From assembly GCA_016926555.1 (NCBI GenBank), contig JAFGOI010000013.1, positions 44,802 through 108,801 on the forward strand: a stretch of DNA of 64,000 nt, in the 5' to 3' direction. Both the position numbers and the translations under genes were made by a program. Positions 54,524 to 64,000 of the stretch are shown piece by piece. Source of the DNA: Patescibacteria group bacterium (lineage in GTDB: Bacteria; Patescibacteriota; WWE3; UBA101185; UBA10185). Every line of letters begins with the position of its first letter. Position 1 is the first letter of the stretch. Below the pieces are notes generated by a model. That model worked only from the letters and a program-made list of their open reading frames with translations. It did not search any database and was not told the DNA's origin.

Positions 54524-57409
54524 TTATTCCGACCACGCGTTGGGGCATATATCTTTATAGTCGCACCATTTGCATATCATGCCTGGGGTTGCTTCAAAGT
54601 TTCCTGATTTAATTTTTTCTATGGTACTCTTAGCTTTTTGTTTTTCTTTTTGCAGTTGCTCAGGAGATCTTGTTGTTGATATTTTTTGATCCTGTTGAAC
54701 AAAGTAGTAAGTCAGCTTTTTAGGCTCCAAGTTCAGCGCTTCTTTTGCCGCAATAGCGTAGAAGGCTACCTGATCATCCATGTCCACTTCTTTTTGGGTT
54801 TTCGCGCTTCCCGTTTTATAGTCTATTATTTCTACTCCCGCGCCGGGCAGTTTGTCTATTCGGTCTATTCTTCCGTAAAACTTAATTCCGTCTATATTTA
54901 GTTTGAAAGATTTCTCTAGCTCTATGGGTTTTTCTTTTATGTCCTTGTTTTTTTCGTAGTATGTTTTTAATAGTTTTTTTCCTTCTTCGTAACTTAAGTT
55001 TCTGTGTTCTTCATTCAGATATCCAAGAGGTTGCCAGTTTTTATCGTACATCTCTAGGAGTTCATTAAAGGACACCCGGCCAAAAAGTAGTTTTCTATGA
55101 AAATCTCTAAGTGTGTCGTGGATAGTAATTCCGAAGCTAAGCGCGTGGCTGGGTTTTGTTGGTATGTTTAATATATAGCTGTATTTGTATTGCAGGGGAC
55201 ATGTATTATATGTATTGATTTGAGAATAGCTAAGGAATTTGGGCGTAAATTCCAGAGTCTTTTGAGGAGCGGTTCTGTAACCTGATTCAACTCCAAATAA
55301 TCCTGTTTGAGTATTTCGATTTTCATCAAACTTGTGTTGCTCGGTTTTTATACCTGTCTCACCTAAAAATCCGCTGGGAATTTTCTCTTTTTTTCCGCCG
55401 TAATTTTTTGCATAGGTTAGATATAAGTATTTCTTTGCTCTTGTTATGCCAACATACAAAAGTCTTCTCTCTTCTTGTATATGAGCATTTCCCGAGGGGA
55501 GAAGTTCCTTTATCAATTGCTCGGGAATTTCAATAGGATCGCTTCTATTTCTTGTGGGAAATCTTCCCGCGACGAGATTAATAATAAATACAATTGGAAA
55601 TTCCAACCCTTTGGAGGCATGAGCTGTAAGCAAATTTACTGTATCAACGTCTTCGATTTCAGCTTGAGCGGGATTTTCTCCCGCTTCAATAATGAGTTCC
55701 AAATAGTCCATAAAATCTACAATTGTGGGCAGGGATCTTTGTTCGGAGTGGTAATCAACCTGGAATTGTTTAATCCTGTTTAAGAATATATCGAGGTTTT
55801 TGATGCAAAGTTGGTTTTGGACGTTTTCCTCTTTAGTAAAATTCTCGATGTATTTTATAGACTGCACTAGTTCATAAACAAATTCGACGGGTGTTATGTT
55901 AGTCATCTCTTGTTGCGATTTTCTAATTTTCCCGCAAAGGGAAGATACGTTTTCATCGTTGGAAGCGCACATTAGTTCCCACAGCGAAACCTTTCTAAAT
56001 TTAGATTGTGCCAGTATGTCCGCTGTCAGTTCATACGGAATGTTGAGAGACGCGATACTGAGAATTCTATAAAGGTTGATATTATCACGCGGGTTTATAA
56101 TGACCTTTAACAGAGAAATAATATCTCGTATTTCGTCTCTGTCGTACAGTCCTCTATTACCGACAAGTTGATAGGGAATTCCGTGTTGTCTTAATCCCAT
56201 GACAACAGGTTCAAGGTGATTGTTGGCACGGGCTAGCACGGCAATATCTTTAAAAGTATATGTAGGTTCAGTTCCAAGTATTTCGTATATTTTTTCGATT
56301 ATGAATTCAACCTCGTCGTTATGAGTTTCGAGTTCTATTGCCTTTGGTTTAACTTGGTTCCCGACACTTTGACTAATTAGTTTTTTCGAGATTCCAAGTT
56401 TGTGTTCAAGTGTATCGGGGTTGTTTTCTTGTATAAGTTTATACGCGGGATCCAGAATATTTTGTGTTGATCTGTAGTTTTGCAAAAGGGTTATGGTGTC
56501 AGCCGATTTGTAATCTTCTCTAAACTGCATAATGTTTGAAATAGCAGCTCCCCTGAATTTATAAATTGATTGCGAGTCGTCTCCGACTGCTAATAAACTT
56601 CGGTTTTTATATTTAGAGTGTTTTTCTGTATTGTCTGGTGGGAATAGAATTTTGACCAGCTCATACTGAGCGTAGTTTGTGTCTTGAAATTCGTCTACCA
56701 GGATGTATTTGAATTGTTCTTTGTACTTGTTGAGTATTATTTCTCTTGTTTTTAGTAGTTTTATAGTCCATGTTATAAGGTCGCCAAAATCCATTTTTGA
56801 GTTTTGGAGTTTTAGTTCGTCATATTTTTCGTATATGTGAAGGAGTTCTTTGTATCTTAATTTTTCTTCTTTATCCCCTTTATACTTTTCGACGAAATCT
56901 CTGTATTCAACAGGTGTTATATTTTCGTCCTGTAATCTTGAGATGAATTTCAAAGCTGCGGATATAAATTTGGTGGGGTTTCCCAGTGGCCTGAAATAAT
57001 CAAGGTCTAATTTAAATAGATTTTTCCTAAGAAGGAGCCATTGTTCGGGGTATGCCAGAACTTTATAAGAAGGGTCAATACCTATTTCCAAGCCCTCGGC
57101 GCGCAGAAGTCTATCGGCGAATGAGTGAAAAGTTGATATCCAAGGTTCTACGTACCCAAGAGGCATTATATCCCCAACGCGCTCCTCCATTTCTTGAGAT
57201 GCCTTATCTGTGAACGTTAAAGCCAGAATTTCTTCAGGGGATGCTTTTTTGTTTTGTATAAGGTGGCGGATTCTTTCTGTTATGACCCGCGTTTTTCCTG
57301 TACCAGCTCCTGCGATGACTAGCAAGGGGCCTGTTTTATGTTGGACAGCTTTTTGCTGATTTTCGTTTAGGTTTATTTTAGGCTGCATTGCTTTTGTATT
57401 ATAGAGCAT
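54524..57409 (-). CDS. UvrD-family helicase fused to C-terminal RecB/Cas4-like PD-(D/E)xK nuclease with Cys cluster (AddA/AddB-like single polypeptide)
   Basis: Motif I AGAGTGKT and DEFQDTN. The C-terminus has CPLQYKY...GRIDRID...IIDYKTG...CKWCDYKDICP, a nuclease core with an Fe-S-type Cys quartet. Confidence 0.8.
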   Translation of the reverse strand: MLYNTKAMQPKINLNENQQKAVQHKTGPLLVIAGAGTGKTRVITERIRHLIQNKKASPEEILALTFTDKASQEMEERVGDIMPLGYVEPWISTFHSFADRLLRAEGLEIGIDPSYKVLAYPEQWLLLRKNLFKLDLDYFRPLGNPTKFISAALKFISRLQDENITPVEYRDFVEKYKGDKEEKLRYKELLHIYEKYDELKLQNSKMDFGDLITWTIKLLKTREIILNKYKEQFKYILVDEFQDTNYAQYELVKILFPPDNTEKHSKYKNRSLLAVGDDSQSIYKFRGAAISNIMQFREDYKSADTITLLQNYRSTQNILDPAYKLIQENNPDTLEHKLGISKKLISQSVGNQVKPKAIELETHNDEVEFIIEKIYEILGTEPTYTFKDIAVLARANNHLEPVVMGLRQHGIPYQLVGNRGLYDRDEIRDIISLLKVIINPRDNINLYRILSIASLNIPYELTADILAQSKFRKVSLWELMCASNDENVSSLCGKIRKSQQEMTNITPVEFVYELVQSIKYIENFTKEENVQNQLCIKNLDIFLNRIKQFQVDYHSEQRSLPTIVDFMDYLELIIEAGENPAQAEIEDVDTVNLLTAHASKGLEFPIVFIINLVAGRFPTRNRSDPIEIPEQLIKELLPSGNAHIQEERRLLYVGITRAKKYLYLTYAKNYGGKKEKIPSGFLGETGIKTEQHKFDENRNTQTGLFGVESGYRTAPQKTLEFTPKFLSYSQINTYNTCPLQYKYSYILNIPTKPSHALSFGITIHDTLRDFHRKLLFGRVSFNELLEMYDKNWQPLGYLNEEHRNLSYEEGKKLLKTYYEKNKDIKEKPIELEKSFKLNIDGIKFYGRIDRIDKLPGAGVEIIDYKTGSAKTQKEVDMDDQVAFYAIAAKEALNLEPKKLTYYFVQQDQKISTTRSPEQLQKEKQKAKSTIEKIKSGNFEATPGMICKWCDYKDICPNAWSE

Positions 57410-57435
57410 CTTTGTCTATTTTTTGTGGAGTGTGT

Positions 57436-57464
57436 TTGCAGGGAAGGTGCTTCCGAAGTAGAAT
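57436..57464 (+). promoter_or_regulatory. candidate sigma70 promoter TTGCAG-N17-TAGAAT
   Basis: Read from the sequence. It lies about 30 nt upstream of the SD of the small ORF at 57498. Confidence 0.3.
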
Positions 57465-57497
57465 CTGTATATCTTATCAACAAAGGAGGTAAAGAAG

Positions 57498-57581
57498 ATG
57501 TGGGGCATCATTATTGCCGGGGCCTGTGCACTCGGGTTCATGATTTGGGCCGGAGCCTTGCTCCGGATTAAAATATCATGA
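57498..57581 (+). CDS. 27-aa hydrophobic peptide MWGIIIAGACALGFMIWAGALLRIKIS (candidate small membrane protein)
   Basis: Perfect SD AAAGGAGGT 7 nt upstream of the ATG. It is locally GC-richer than the surrounding AT-rich DNA, and is not in the ORF track (below the size cutoff). Confidence 0.3.
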   Translation: MWGIIIAGACALGFMIWAGALLRIKIS

Positions 57582-57653
57582 ACCAAGCTCCCCTTAACTA
57601 GAAACTGCAGAACATCGCAGGAGTAGGGTTAGGGGGAGCTCAAACAACTCAAA

Positions 57654-58721
57654 TCACTCAATCAGGTTATTTTGTTCATTCAGCTTATTCTGCTCGCCCT
57701 GACCGAGATTTTGGACACTATCTATTTTTGTAAACAGCTTTACGAACTTACTCTTTACATGGTCCATTGATTTAAACGCGTTTGATACATGTCTTTCTAA
57801 AACGCCCAGATCTTCTTCGAATTTACCTGCTTCCTGTTTGATCCCTTTGAGTGCTCTTAAAACATCGTCCGCGTGTTTTTGAAGCTCTCTTTGCTGGTAA
57901 AAAGTTGCTAAGTTTCTTAAGAACAAGACCAGTGTGTTTGGAGACGCCATAAATACTTTTTTCTCTCTTGCGTATTCAGTAACTTTGGGTGAGTTAACAG
58001 CCAGTTCATAGTAGACGTTTTCGGAAGGAATGTACATTATTGCCTGATCTCCCGTTCCTTCTTCGGGAAGAATGTACTTGGAGGCTATTTCATCAATCCT
58101 TTTTTTAACATCAGACACAAAAGTTTTTTTAAATTTGTCCCTATCTTCTTGTTTTTCAGCGGTGAGCATTGCCTGGAAGTTTTCCATCGGGAACTTAGAG
58201 TCTATGGGTATGATTTCCTCATCAATGTAGACGACAGCGTCGCAGACACTTCCGTCTTTGAATCTGTATTGTGTAGAAAAGAAGTCTTTGGGGATGTAAT
58301 TTTCTAAAATATCGTATAAAAGCTGTTCACCTAAACCACCCCGCAACTTAGGGGATTTTAAAATATTACTAAGATCTTTAATGTCTTTTCCGAATTCCTG
58401 AATTCCCCCGATTTGCTCTTTCATACTGCTAATTACTTTTTGAGCCTCGTCCAGTCTTTCCCATACCATTTTAGTTTGCGCGTTCATGGCTTGTCTTTGG
58501 GATTTAAGTTGTTCTTCTAAGGATTGTCTTTGGTCTGTCAGTTTTGAATCAAGTGTTTTTGAGCTTGTATCTACGGATGCTTTCATATCCTTTAACCACT
58601 CCATCAGCACCTTGTTGTCGTCAGAGTTCAGATCCTTTTTAAGTAGTTTGAGCTGGCTAGACAAATACAGCGCTGTGAATAGTATTAAGGCCGCGATTAT
58701 AACTATAAATATTGGATCCAT
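57654..58721 (-). CDS. rmuC: DNA recombination protein RmuC
   Basis: N-terminal TM helix, a long coiled coil, and a C-terminal region with AIMYIPSENVYYE, typical of RmuC. Confidence 0.7.
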   Translation of the reverse strand: MDPIFIVIIAALILFTALYLSSQLKLLKKDLNSDDNKVLMEWLKDMKASVDTSSKTLDSKLTDQRQSLEEQLKSQRQAMNAQTKMVWERLDEAQKVISSMKEQIGGIQEFGKDIKDLSNILKSPKLRGGLGEQLLYDILENYIPKDFFSTQYRFKDGSVCDAVVYIDEEIIPIDSKFPMENFQAMLTAEKQEDRDKFKKTFVSDVKKRIDEIASKYILPEEGTGDQAIMYIPSENVYYELAVNSPKVTEYAREKKVFMASPNTLVLFLRNLATFYQQRELQKHADDVLRALKGIKQEAGKFEEDLGVLERHVSNAFKSMDHVKSKFVKLFTKIDSVQNLGQGEQNKLNEQNNLIE

Positions 58722-58834
58722 GTAAAGAGTATATATAAATCCCGGTTTGTATACAAAAGTTTATGATTTTGGTAAATTTGAAACAATGATCCCCGTTATT
58801 ATAATAAATTCCTTGTCTCTATCTTTCCGAGGAA

Positions 58835-59194
58835 ATGTATAACTTTTTGTATTCAGTAATCATAGTAAATATAGTGCTATGGGTGTGTGTGCTGCTTGTT
58901 TTACTTTTTGTGCCCCCTAATACTTTTATAAATATATTTGTCTTTCTGTTTTTGGCGATGCTTGCTATTGGCGTTACCGCCTCTTTATCGATCTTTAAAT
59001 TTAGAACTTCAAAACAACAATGGTCTGGGCCGCGGTTGCTTTTTAGAAAGAGTCTTAGATGGGGTATTTTTGTTGGTTTTTTTGTTGCGGGAACATTGGG
59101 ATTTAAAGCTTTTGATCTTATAAATCCACTAAATTATGGTCTTTTTATGCTTATAAATTTGGGTATATATTTTTGGCTTAGGAGTATCAGGTAA
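58835..59194 (+). CDS. membrane protein, hypothetical
   Basis: 119-aa ORF with four hydrophobic helices. Confidence 0.4.
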   Translation: MYNFLYSVIIVNIVLWVCVLLVLLFVPPNTFINIFVFLFLAMLAIGVTASLSIFKFRTSKQQWSGPRLLFRKSLRWGIFVGFFVAGTLGFKAFDLINPLNYGLFMLINLGIYFWLRSIR

Positions 59195-59196
59195 AA

Positions 59197-59976
59197 ATGC
59201 TTATAGATTCTCATTGTCATATTCCACATAAAAAGTACGAAATGCCTCCCGACCAGATTATAAAGGAAGCGAATTTGGCCGGTGTTGAAAAAATGATAAG
59301 TATCGGTACTTCTATTAAGGATAATGAAGATGTGATTTCATTGTCAGATAAATATGCCTGTGTATTTCACACAGTTGGTATTTATCCACACGATGACTTG
59401 GACCACGAGGTCCCTGATTTAAAGGAAATTCTTATTAAGCAGATAAATAAATCCGGCAAAGCTGTGGGTATAGGAGAGTGCGGCATAGACGTAACAAACT
59501 GGAAGGGAGGCCGTTCTCTTGAAGACCAAGAGGCTTTATTTGAAATGCAGATTAAATTGGCAAAAGAGTATAGGCTTCCTTTAGTTATCCACAACAGAAA
59601 CGGTGATGCCCCCGTTTTCAAGCTTCTTAATGATACAGGGGTGGAATGGCTCAGAGGTGTTTCGCATTGTTTTTCTTCAAGCTGGGAAACTGCTGAGAAG
59701 TTTTTAGACTTAGGGTTTTATCTTTCATTTTCCGGAAATACTACTTACCCCTCTGCAAAATCGCTTCGGGAAGTAGTCAAAAAAGTGCCTTTGGAAATGT
59801 TTATATTAGAGACGGATTCACCTTATTTGCCTCCGCAGGAGCATCGCGGCAAAATTAACTATCCAAAATATGTTAAAATTGTCGCTGAAGAAGTGGCTCA
59901 GGTAAAGCAAAAATCCCTAGAGGAAATTGAGAAGTTCTCGTATGAGAACACCTGCAGACTTTTTAATTTACTATGA
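59197..59976 (+). CDS. tatD: TatD-family metal-dependent hydrolase/DNase
   Basis: MLIDSHCHI N-terminus and the GECGID motif. Confidence 0.85.
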   Translation: MLIDSHCHIPHKKYEMPPDQIIKEANLAGVEKMISIGTSIKDNEDVISLSDKYACVFHTVGIYPHDDLDHEVPDLKEILIKQINKSGKAVGIGECGIDVTNWKGGRSLEDQEALFEMQIKLAKEYRLPLVIHNRNGDAPVFKLLNDTGVEWLRGVSHCFSSSWETAEKFLDLGFYLSFSGNTTYPSAKSLREVVKKVPLEMFILETDSPYLPPQEHRGKINYPKYVKIVAEEVAQVKQKSLEEIEKFSYENTCRLFNLL

Positions 59977-61517
59977 TGAAAAGTTTCGTAGAAAAAAACG
60001 ATAGGTTTGTCCAGAGATTCTTTGAAATATCTTTGGGGCTATCAACATGGGCGTTGTTAACGTCTCCTTTATGGCTCGGGTTTTTATATCCCGAGGCTGT
60101 TGTTTACATGCTGACCTTTTTAACAGTGTACTGGTCTTATCTTGCGTTTAGACACACGTATGGGCTGGTAATAGGCTATAATAAGCATAAGAGTGAGCTT
60201 AAAATTGATTGGCTTTCGGAATGTAAAAAGTTGGATTTCTCCGAACTCCCCGATAAGAAAACCCTTCCCCCGAGTTTGGAGGATGTTAGACATTTAATCT
60301 TGGTTCCTTTAGTAGCGGAGCCGGAAGGTGTCATTAGGGATACTATGGGCGGAATTCTCCGTCAGACCTTTTCTAAAAAACAAATTGTTGTAGCGTTTAC
60401 TATAGAAGAAAGGGGTGTTGACAAGGTCAAGTCGGCTGTTGAAAAAGTAATGGGAGAGTGTGGCCACGAATTCCATGATTATATGATATATGTCCATCCT
60501 GCCGGTATTCCCGGAGAGGCAGTTGGTGTGGCAGCCGCCAACAGAACTTGGGGATCTAAAAACGCTGTGGTGGACCTTGAAAAGAAGGGTGAAAATATTA
60601 GGAATTATATTTACAGTTCAATTGACGGAGACCACATAATCCATCCACAATATATATCCAGGCTTACACATTTGTATCTATCATCTGATAACAGAGATAA
60701 TCATTACTACTCAACGGCAGTTCCTCTTTTTGACAATAACCTATGGAGGGTTCCTCTCATGATGAGAATTGAGGCAAGCGCTGTTACGATGGGTGTTTTA
60801 TCGGATTGGATTGTTACTAAAAAAACCTTAAAAGATACGTTTTCTGCTTTTTCTATTTCGCTTAAAACACTGATAGAAGCCGATTACTGGGATGTGACCT
60901 TGGGAGTTGATGACACAATTTTCTATTGGAGGGCATTTTTCGCCAAAGGAGGAAAATTCGACGGTCTTCCCCATTTTATACCTTATTCCGCGGATGCTGT
61001 TGAGGGAAGAAGTTATTGGGAGTCGCATAAGAGTTTGTATAAACAGCTTTTAAGATGGGGGTGGGGAGTCATAGACTTTCCGCTATCGATGAAGGGGTTT
61101 CTTAAGGATAAGAGGGTTGCGTTTTCAAAGAAAATGGGCTGGTTTATCAAGCACATCCAAAAAAGAGTTGTCTTTGTGAATATAGTGTTTCTTATAACCT
61201 TTGGCTTCGGGCTTGTAACTGTGGTAAATCCATTAGTTAAACAATCCAATTTTGCGTATAGTCTTCCGGATATTATGAGTACCATACTTACAGTAACATT
61301 AATATTTCTTATTCCTGGCACCATATATAGGTTCAAATTGTCCGGGCCGATACCTAAGGAATTTCCGTGGTGGAAAAAACTGCTAGTATATCTGGAGGGA
61401 CCTTTAATAATTCTTAATTTGTTGACTTTCTCTTTTATTCCAACTATTGAGGCCCAAACGAGATTGCTCCTTGGAAAGAAGAAGGATGATTTGTATTTTA
61501 CTCCTAAGGTAAGATGA
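59973..61517 (+). CDS. membrane glycosyltransferase (GT2-like catalytic region flanked by TM helices)
   Basis: 514-aa ORF with N- and C-terminal TM helices and a central region with LVPLVAEPEG...SSIDGDHII (DxD-like). Confidence 0.45.
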   Translation: MMKSFVEKNDRFVQRFFEISLGLSTWALLTSPLWLGFLYPEAVVYMLTFLTVYWSYLAFRHTYGLVIGYNKHKSELKIDWLSECKKLDFSELPDKKTLPPSLEDVRHLILVPLVAEPEGVIRDTMGGILRQTFSKKQIVVAFTIEERGVDKVKSAVEKVMGECGHEFHDYMIYVHPAGIPGEAVGVAAANRTWGSKNAVVDLEKKGENIRNYIYSSIDGDHIIHPQYISRLTHLYLSSDNRDNHYYSTAVPLFDNNLWRVPLMMRIEASAVTMGVLSDWIVTKKTLKDTFSAFSISLKTLIEADYWDVTLGVDDTIFYWRAFFAKGGKFDGLPHFIPYSADAVEGRSYWESHKSLYKQLLRWGWGVIDFPLSMKGFLKDKRVAFSKKMGWFIKHIQKRVVFVNIVFLITFGFGLVTVVNPLVKQSNFAYSLPDIMSTILTVTLIFLIPGTIYRFKLSGPIPKEFPWWKKLLVYLEGPLIILNLLTFSFIPTIEAQTRLLLGKKKDDLYFTPKVR

Positions 61518-62992
61518 TTAATTGGCAGAGAACAACATATAGACTAAAAAATAGACTTAAAAAAACTTGGCAGAGTCTTGTTGAAAGTATTAAGAACAAA
61601 CTGGTTTCCTACTCACTGATAAATCTCGCTATTATTCTGTTTCAATATATTTATCTGGATTTACGGTTTGAGTATATTAACGATGTGATTCCCCTCTGGT
61701 ATACAAAAATGTGGGGGTCTTACCAGCTTGCACCTAAAGATAATATTTACATAATACCGCTAGTTTCCATAGTTATTACTTTGCTGGGCTTAATGATTCT
61801 GGTATTGCTGAATAAATATTTTGTGAGATATCTTCACTTTGTTATTACGTCCATAGCTGTGATGACAAACAGTTTGCTTACGTATTCACTTTTGCGGATT
61901 GTTTTCAAAGCATCTGTGCCCTTCCCTCCTTTGGTAGCCCCGCAATATTTGAGTTTAGTAGTGCCGTTTCTTGTTGGGTTTATAGCGTGTATTAATTTGC
62001 TGCCGAAGTTTGTGGATTTGGCTAGAGATTTAAGACTTGTAACCATTCCGAGTCTACATAGCCATCCGGCCATGCTTCTTCAAAGTCCTTCGGCGAGAGG
62101 AGGAGGGGTTTTTTATGGGCTGTTATTCCTGGTACTATCAATCATTTTTGCTGGATTTCATAAGATATACCTTGGGTTTTATCTGGCGATTTTGATGCTT
62201 GTGATATTGTCCCTGGTTGATGACTATCAGAATACTCATCCGAGAACAGAATTTAGACTTATAGAGTCTCCTGTACTAAGACTGCTCTTTTTGTTTTCGG
62301 TAGTTTCCTTGGTTGTGCTTTCCGGGATTAACTTTGAGTCTATTGGCGTTTTTTCCGGAGCTATAGGTACATTTGGGGGGCTGCTATCTCTGGTTATTAC
62401 AGCTGTATGGATAGTATGGGTGCTGAACGTTCTGTCGTGGTCGAACGGAATCGATGGCCAATATTGCGGTATTGTAAGTATAGCCTCTCTCATCATCGCG
62501 ATATTAGCTTTAAGGTTTGATCCGCTTGAACCTGTTCATAAACAGGTTGCTGTAATGGCTGCTCTAAGCGCAGGGATTTCGCTTGGATTCGCGAAGCTTA
62601 CGTGGCACCCGTCGAGGATTATGTGGGGTTTTGGTGCAACACTTGCAGGGTTAGTTATTTCAACATTGTCTATTTTGGTTAGCACTAAGATTGTGACCTC
62701 TATATTGATCATACTGGTCCCCCTTATTGATGCTGTGGTAACTGTATTTAGAAGGCTGTTACAGGGAAGAAGTCCCTTTGAGGGAGATAAAGGTCATTTA
62801 CATCATATACTCATGGAAAAGGGTTGGAGTGTCGGCGGTATTGCGCTGTTTTATTGGGTGTCAACTGCTCTGTTCGGTTTTATAGGTCTTATTTCTGCAG
62901 ACAGATACGCAGCTCAAGTGGCGCTGCTTATGGCAGGTGTGGTAGCCTTTTTTATCATTCTTCTTAATGTGCAGTTTTATAAAAAGAAATAA
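61514..62992 (+). CDS. polyprenyl-phosphate N-acetylhexosamine-1-phosphate transferase (MraY/WecA GT4 family) with N-terminal extension
   Basis: LNVLSWSNGIDGQYCG matches the NxxNxxDGIDGL signature. It has 10 or more TM helices and overlaps the upstream gene by 4 nt. Confidence 0.6.
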   Translation: MINWQRTTYRLKNRLKKTWQSLVESIKNKLVSYSLINLAIILFQYIYLDLRFEYINDVIPLWYTKMWGSYQLAPKDNIYIIPLVSIVITLLGLMILVLLNKYFVRYLHFVITSIAVMTNSLLTYSLLRIVFKASVPFPPLVAPQYLSLVVPFLVGFIACINLLPKFVDLARDLRLVTIPSLHSHPAMLLQSPSARGGGVFYGLLFLVLSIIFAGFHKIYLGFYLAILMLVILSLVDDYQNTHPRTEFRLIESPVLRLLFLFSVVSLVVLSGINFESIGVFSGAIGTFGGLLSLVITAVWIVWVLNVLSWSNGIDGQYCGIVSIASLIIAILALRFDPLEPVHKQVAVMAALSAGISLGFAKLTWHPSRIMWGFGATLAGLVISTLSILVSTKIVTSILIILVPLIDAVVTVFRRLLQGRSPFEGDKGHLHHILMEKGWSVGGIALFYWVSTALFGFIGLISADRYAAQVALLMAGVVAFFIILLNVQFYKKK

Positions 62993-63050
62993 TTTAACCA
63001 GTTAATCTTCTATTAATGTTTTATATCTGAAAATCTAATATAGTTTATTA

Positions 63051-63716
63051 ATGAGGTTACTTTTTATCGATAGTACTAATAGCTTAGAGGAACTGCAAAA
63101 CGATGTTGAGGAAAATTATATTGTCGATAAAGCCTGTAGTGGCGATGAAGGAATATTCATGTTTCAAGTTAATGATTACGATGCTGTAGTTATAGACTAT
63201 TGTTTATCTGATATTAAAAGTGAAGAAACTTGTGAGGCTGCGCGAGCTTCGGGTGTGAAGACGCCTCTTCTTGTTCTCACCAATCAGGATGATCCAAAGG
63301 GACGCGCAGATTTGCTTGATGCTGGTGCAGACGTGTGTTTATCAAAGCCGGTAAACTCAGAAGAACTGGAAGCCAATATTCGGGCTCTTGTGAGGAGAAA
63401 CCGTTCGAGTGACTTGAGTAGTAGAATACAAAGTGGAGAGTTTGAGCTGGACATGAGAAACAGACAGGTCAAGGTTAAGGGCTGTTTAGTTCCCTTAAGG
63501 AGAAAAGAGTATGAATTACTTGAGTATCTCGCTATAAATGCCGGCAGAATAGTGTCCAAAGAGGAAATATTAGAGCACGTTTGGGAAGGCGGTATTTTTG
63601 TCTTTTCGAACACAGTAGAAGTTCATATTAGGAATCTACGTGATAAAATAGAAAAGGTCAGCAAAACGGTTTTAATTGAGACCGTTAGAGGTTTTGGTTA
63701 TAGGATAAAAAAATAA
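63051..63716 (+). CDS. OmpR-family response regulator (receiver plus winged helix)
   Basis: Receiver residues D (VVIDYCLSD), T (LVLTNQDD) and K (LSKPV) are present. The C-terminal winged-helix domain has KEYELLEYLAINAGRIVSKEEILEHVW...VEVHIRNLRDKI. One of the N-terminal acidic-pocket Asp residues is replaced (FIDST). Confidence 0.7.
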   Translation: MRLLFIDSTNSLEELQNDVEENYIVDKACSGDEGIFMFQVNDYDAVVIDYCLSDIKSEETCEAARASGVKTPLLVLTNQDDPKGRADLLDAGADVCLSKPVNSEELEANIRALVRRNRSSDLSSRIQSGEFELDMRNRQVKVKGCLVPLRRKEYELLEYLAINAGRIVSKEEILEHVWEGGIFVFSNTVEVHIRNLRDKIEKVSKTVLIETVRGFGYRIKK

Positions 63717-63719
63717 AAA

Positions 63720-64000
63720 TGATTAGTACTCTTTATCAGATTATTCGTACTGCTCGTGTTAGACAATGGTTGAAAAACTTTAGTCTATTTGCAGCACCTG
63801 TGTTTTCGGGGCTCTTGTTTTCTGGAGATACTTTTACATTGTCACTAAAGGCATTCTTTGCCTTCTGTGCGGTTTCATCAGGGTCATATTTTGTTAATGA
63901 TATTGTTGATGTCCCTAAAGATCAGCTTCATCCAATAAAGAAGAATCGTCCGATTGCATCCGGGAAATTGTCTATAAAACTGGCTAAGACAATCGCAGTG
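63720..64000 (+). CDS. UbiA-family prenyltransferase (decaprenyl-phosphate phosphoribosyltransferase-like), N-terminal part; continues beyond window
   Basis: ARVRQWLKN...YFVNDIVDVPKDQLHPIKKNRPIASG matches the UbiA superfamily N-terminal motif (NDxxDxxxD followed by RP). Confidence 0.5.

Noticed and set aside
1-64000. CRISPR arrays, rRNA genes, tRNA genes, transposases/integrases
   Set aside because: No regularly spaced direct repeats, no rRNA-like conserved stretches, no cloverleaf-compatible GC-rich 70-90-nt segments in intergenic regions, and no transposase- or integrase-like ORFs were found in this window.

Overview
This is a low-GC (roughly one-third G+C by eye) bacterial chromosome segment with tightly packed, often overlapping genes and noticeably short versions of housekeeping proteins. 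That fits a reduced-genome lineage such as Patescibacteria/CPR or a similar organism with a Gram-positive-type envelope; the taxonomy is inference only. Recognisable core genes are rplY, valS, proS, tsaD, dnaA, the hrcA-grpE-dnaK operon, lepA, murJ, rpsT, tpiA-pgk-gap, trxA, two UvrD-family helicases (one fused to a RecB/Cas4-like nuclease), rsmA, rmuC and tatD. There is a Gram-positive-style cell-wall toolkit: a high-confidence murT-gatD pair, two tandem FemAB-family transferases, a sortase, an LCP protein, a SpoIID-like fragment, an LtaS/sulfatase-like protein and GT2/GT4/UbiA glycosyl or prenyl transferases. A cluster of DnaA boxes with an AT-rich stretch lies directly downstream of dnaA and is a putative oriC. 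The most unusual feature is a sharply bounded high-GC island of about 3.9 kb (approximately 9.3-13.0 kb, visibly around 55-60% G+C) between rplY and valS. It carries three co-oriented, SD-coupled genes: a membrane-anchored M23 (LytM-type) peptidoglycan peptidase with a large N-terminal domain of unknown function, and two membrane proteins with no recognisable domains. This is a candidate horizontally acquired cell-wall-lytic module and a possible undescribed system, unless it is an assembly chimera. Further candidates are: a T-box-like antiterminator/sequestrator leader on valS; a VirB3/VirB4-like ATPase operon with an actin-fold (FtsA/PilM-like) protein; a 285-aa mini-AOR-like protein plus a small ferredoxin inserted into the gap-pgk-tpiA operon; a sortase next to a protein with a non-canonical C-terminal sorting-signal-like tail; a transmembrane pseudo-PP2C protein; and a small GC-rich peptide gene with a consensus promoter and SD. 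No rRNA, tRNA or CRISPR arrays were seen.
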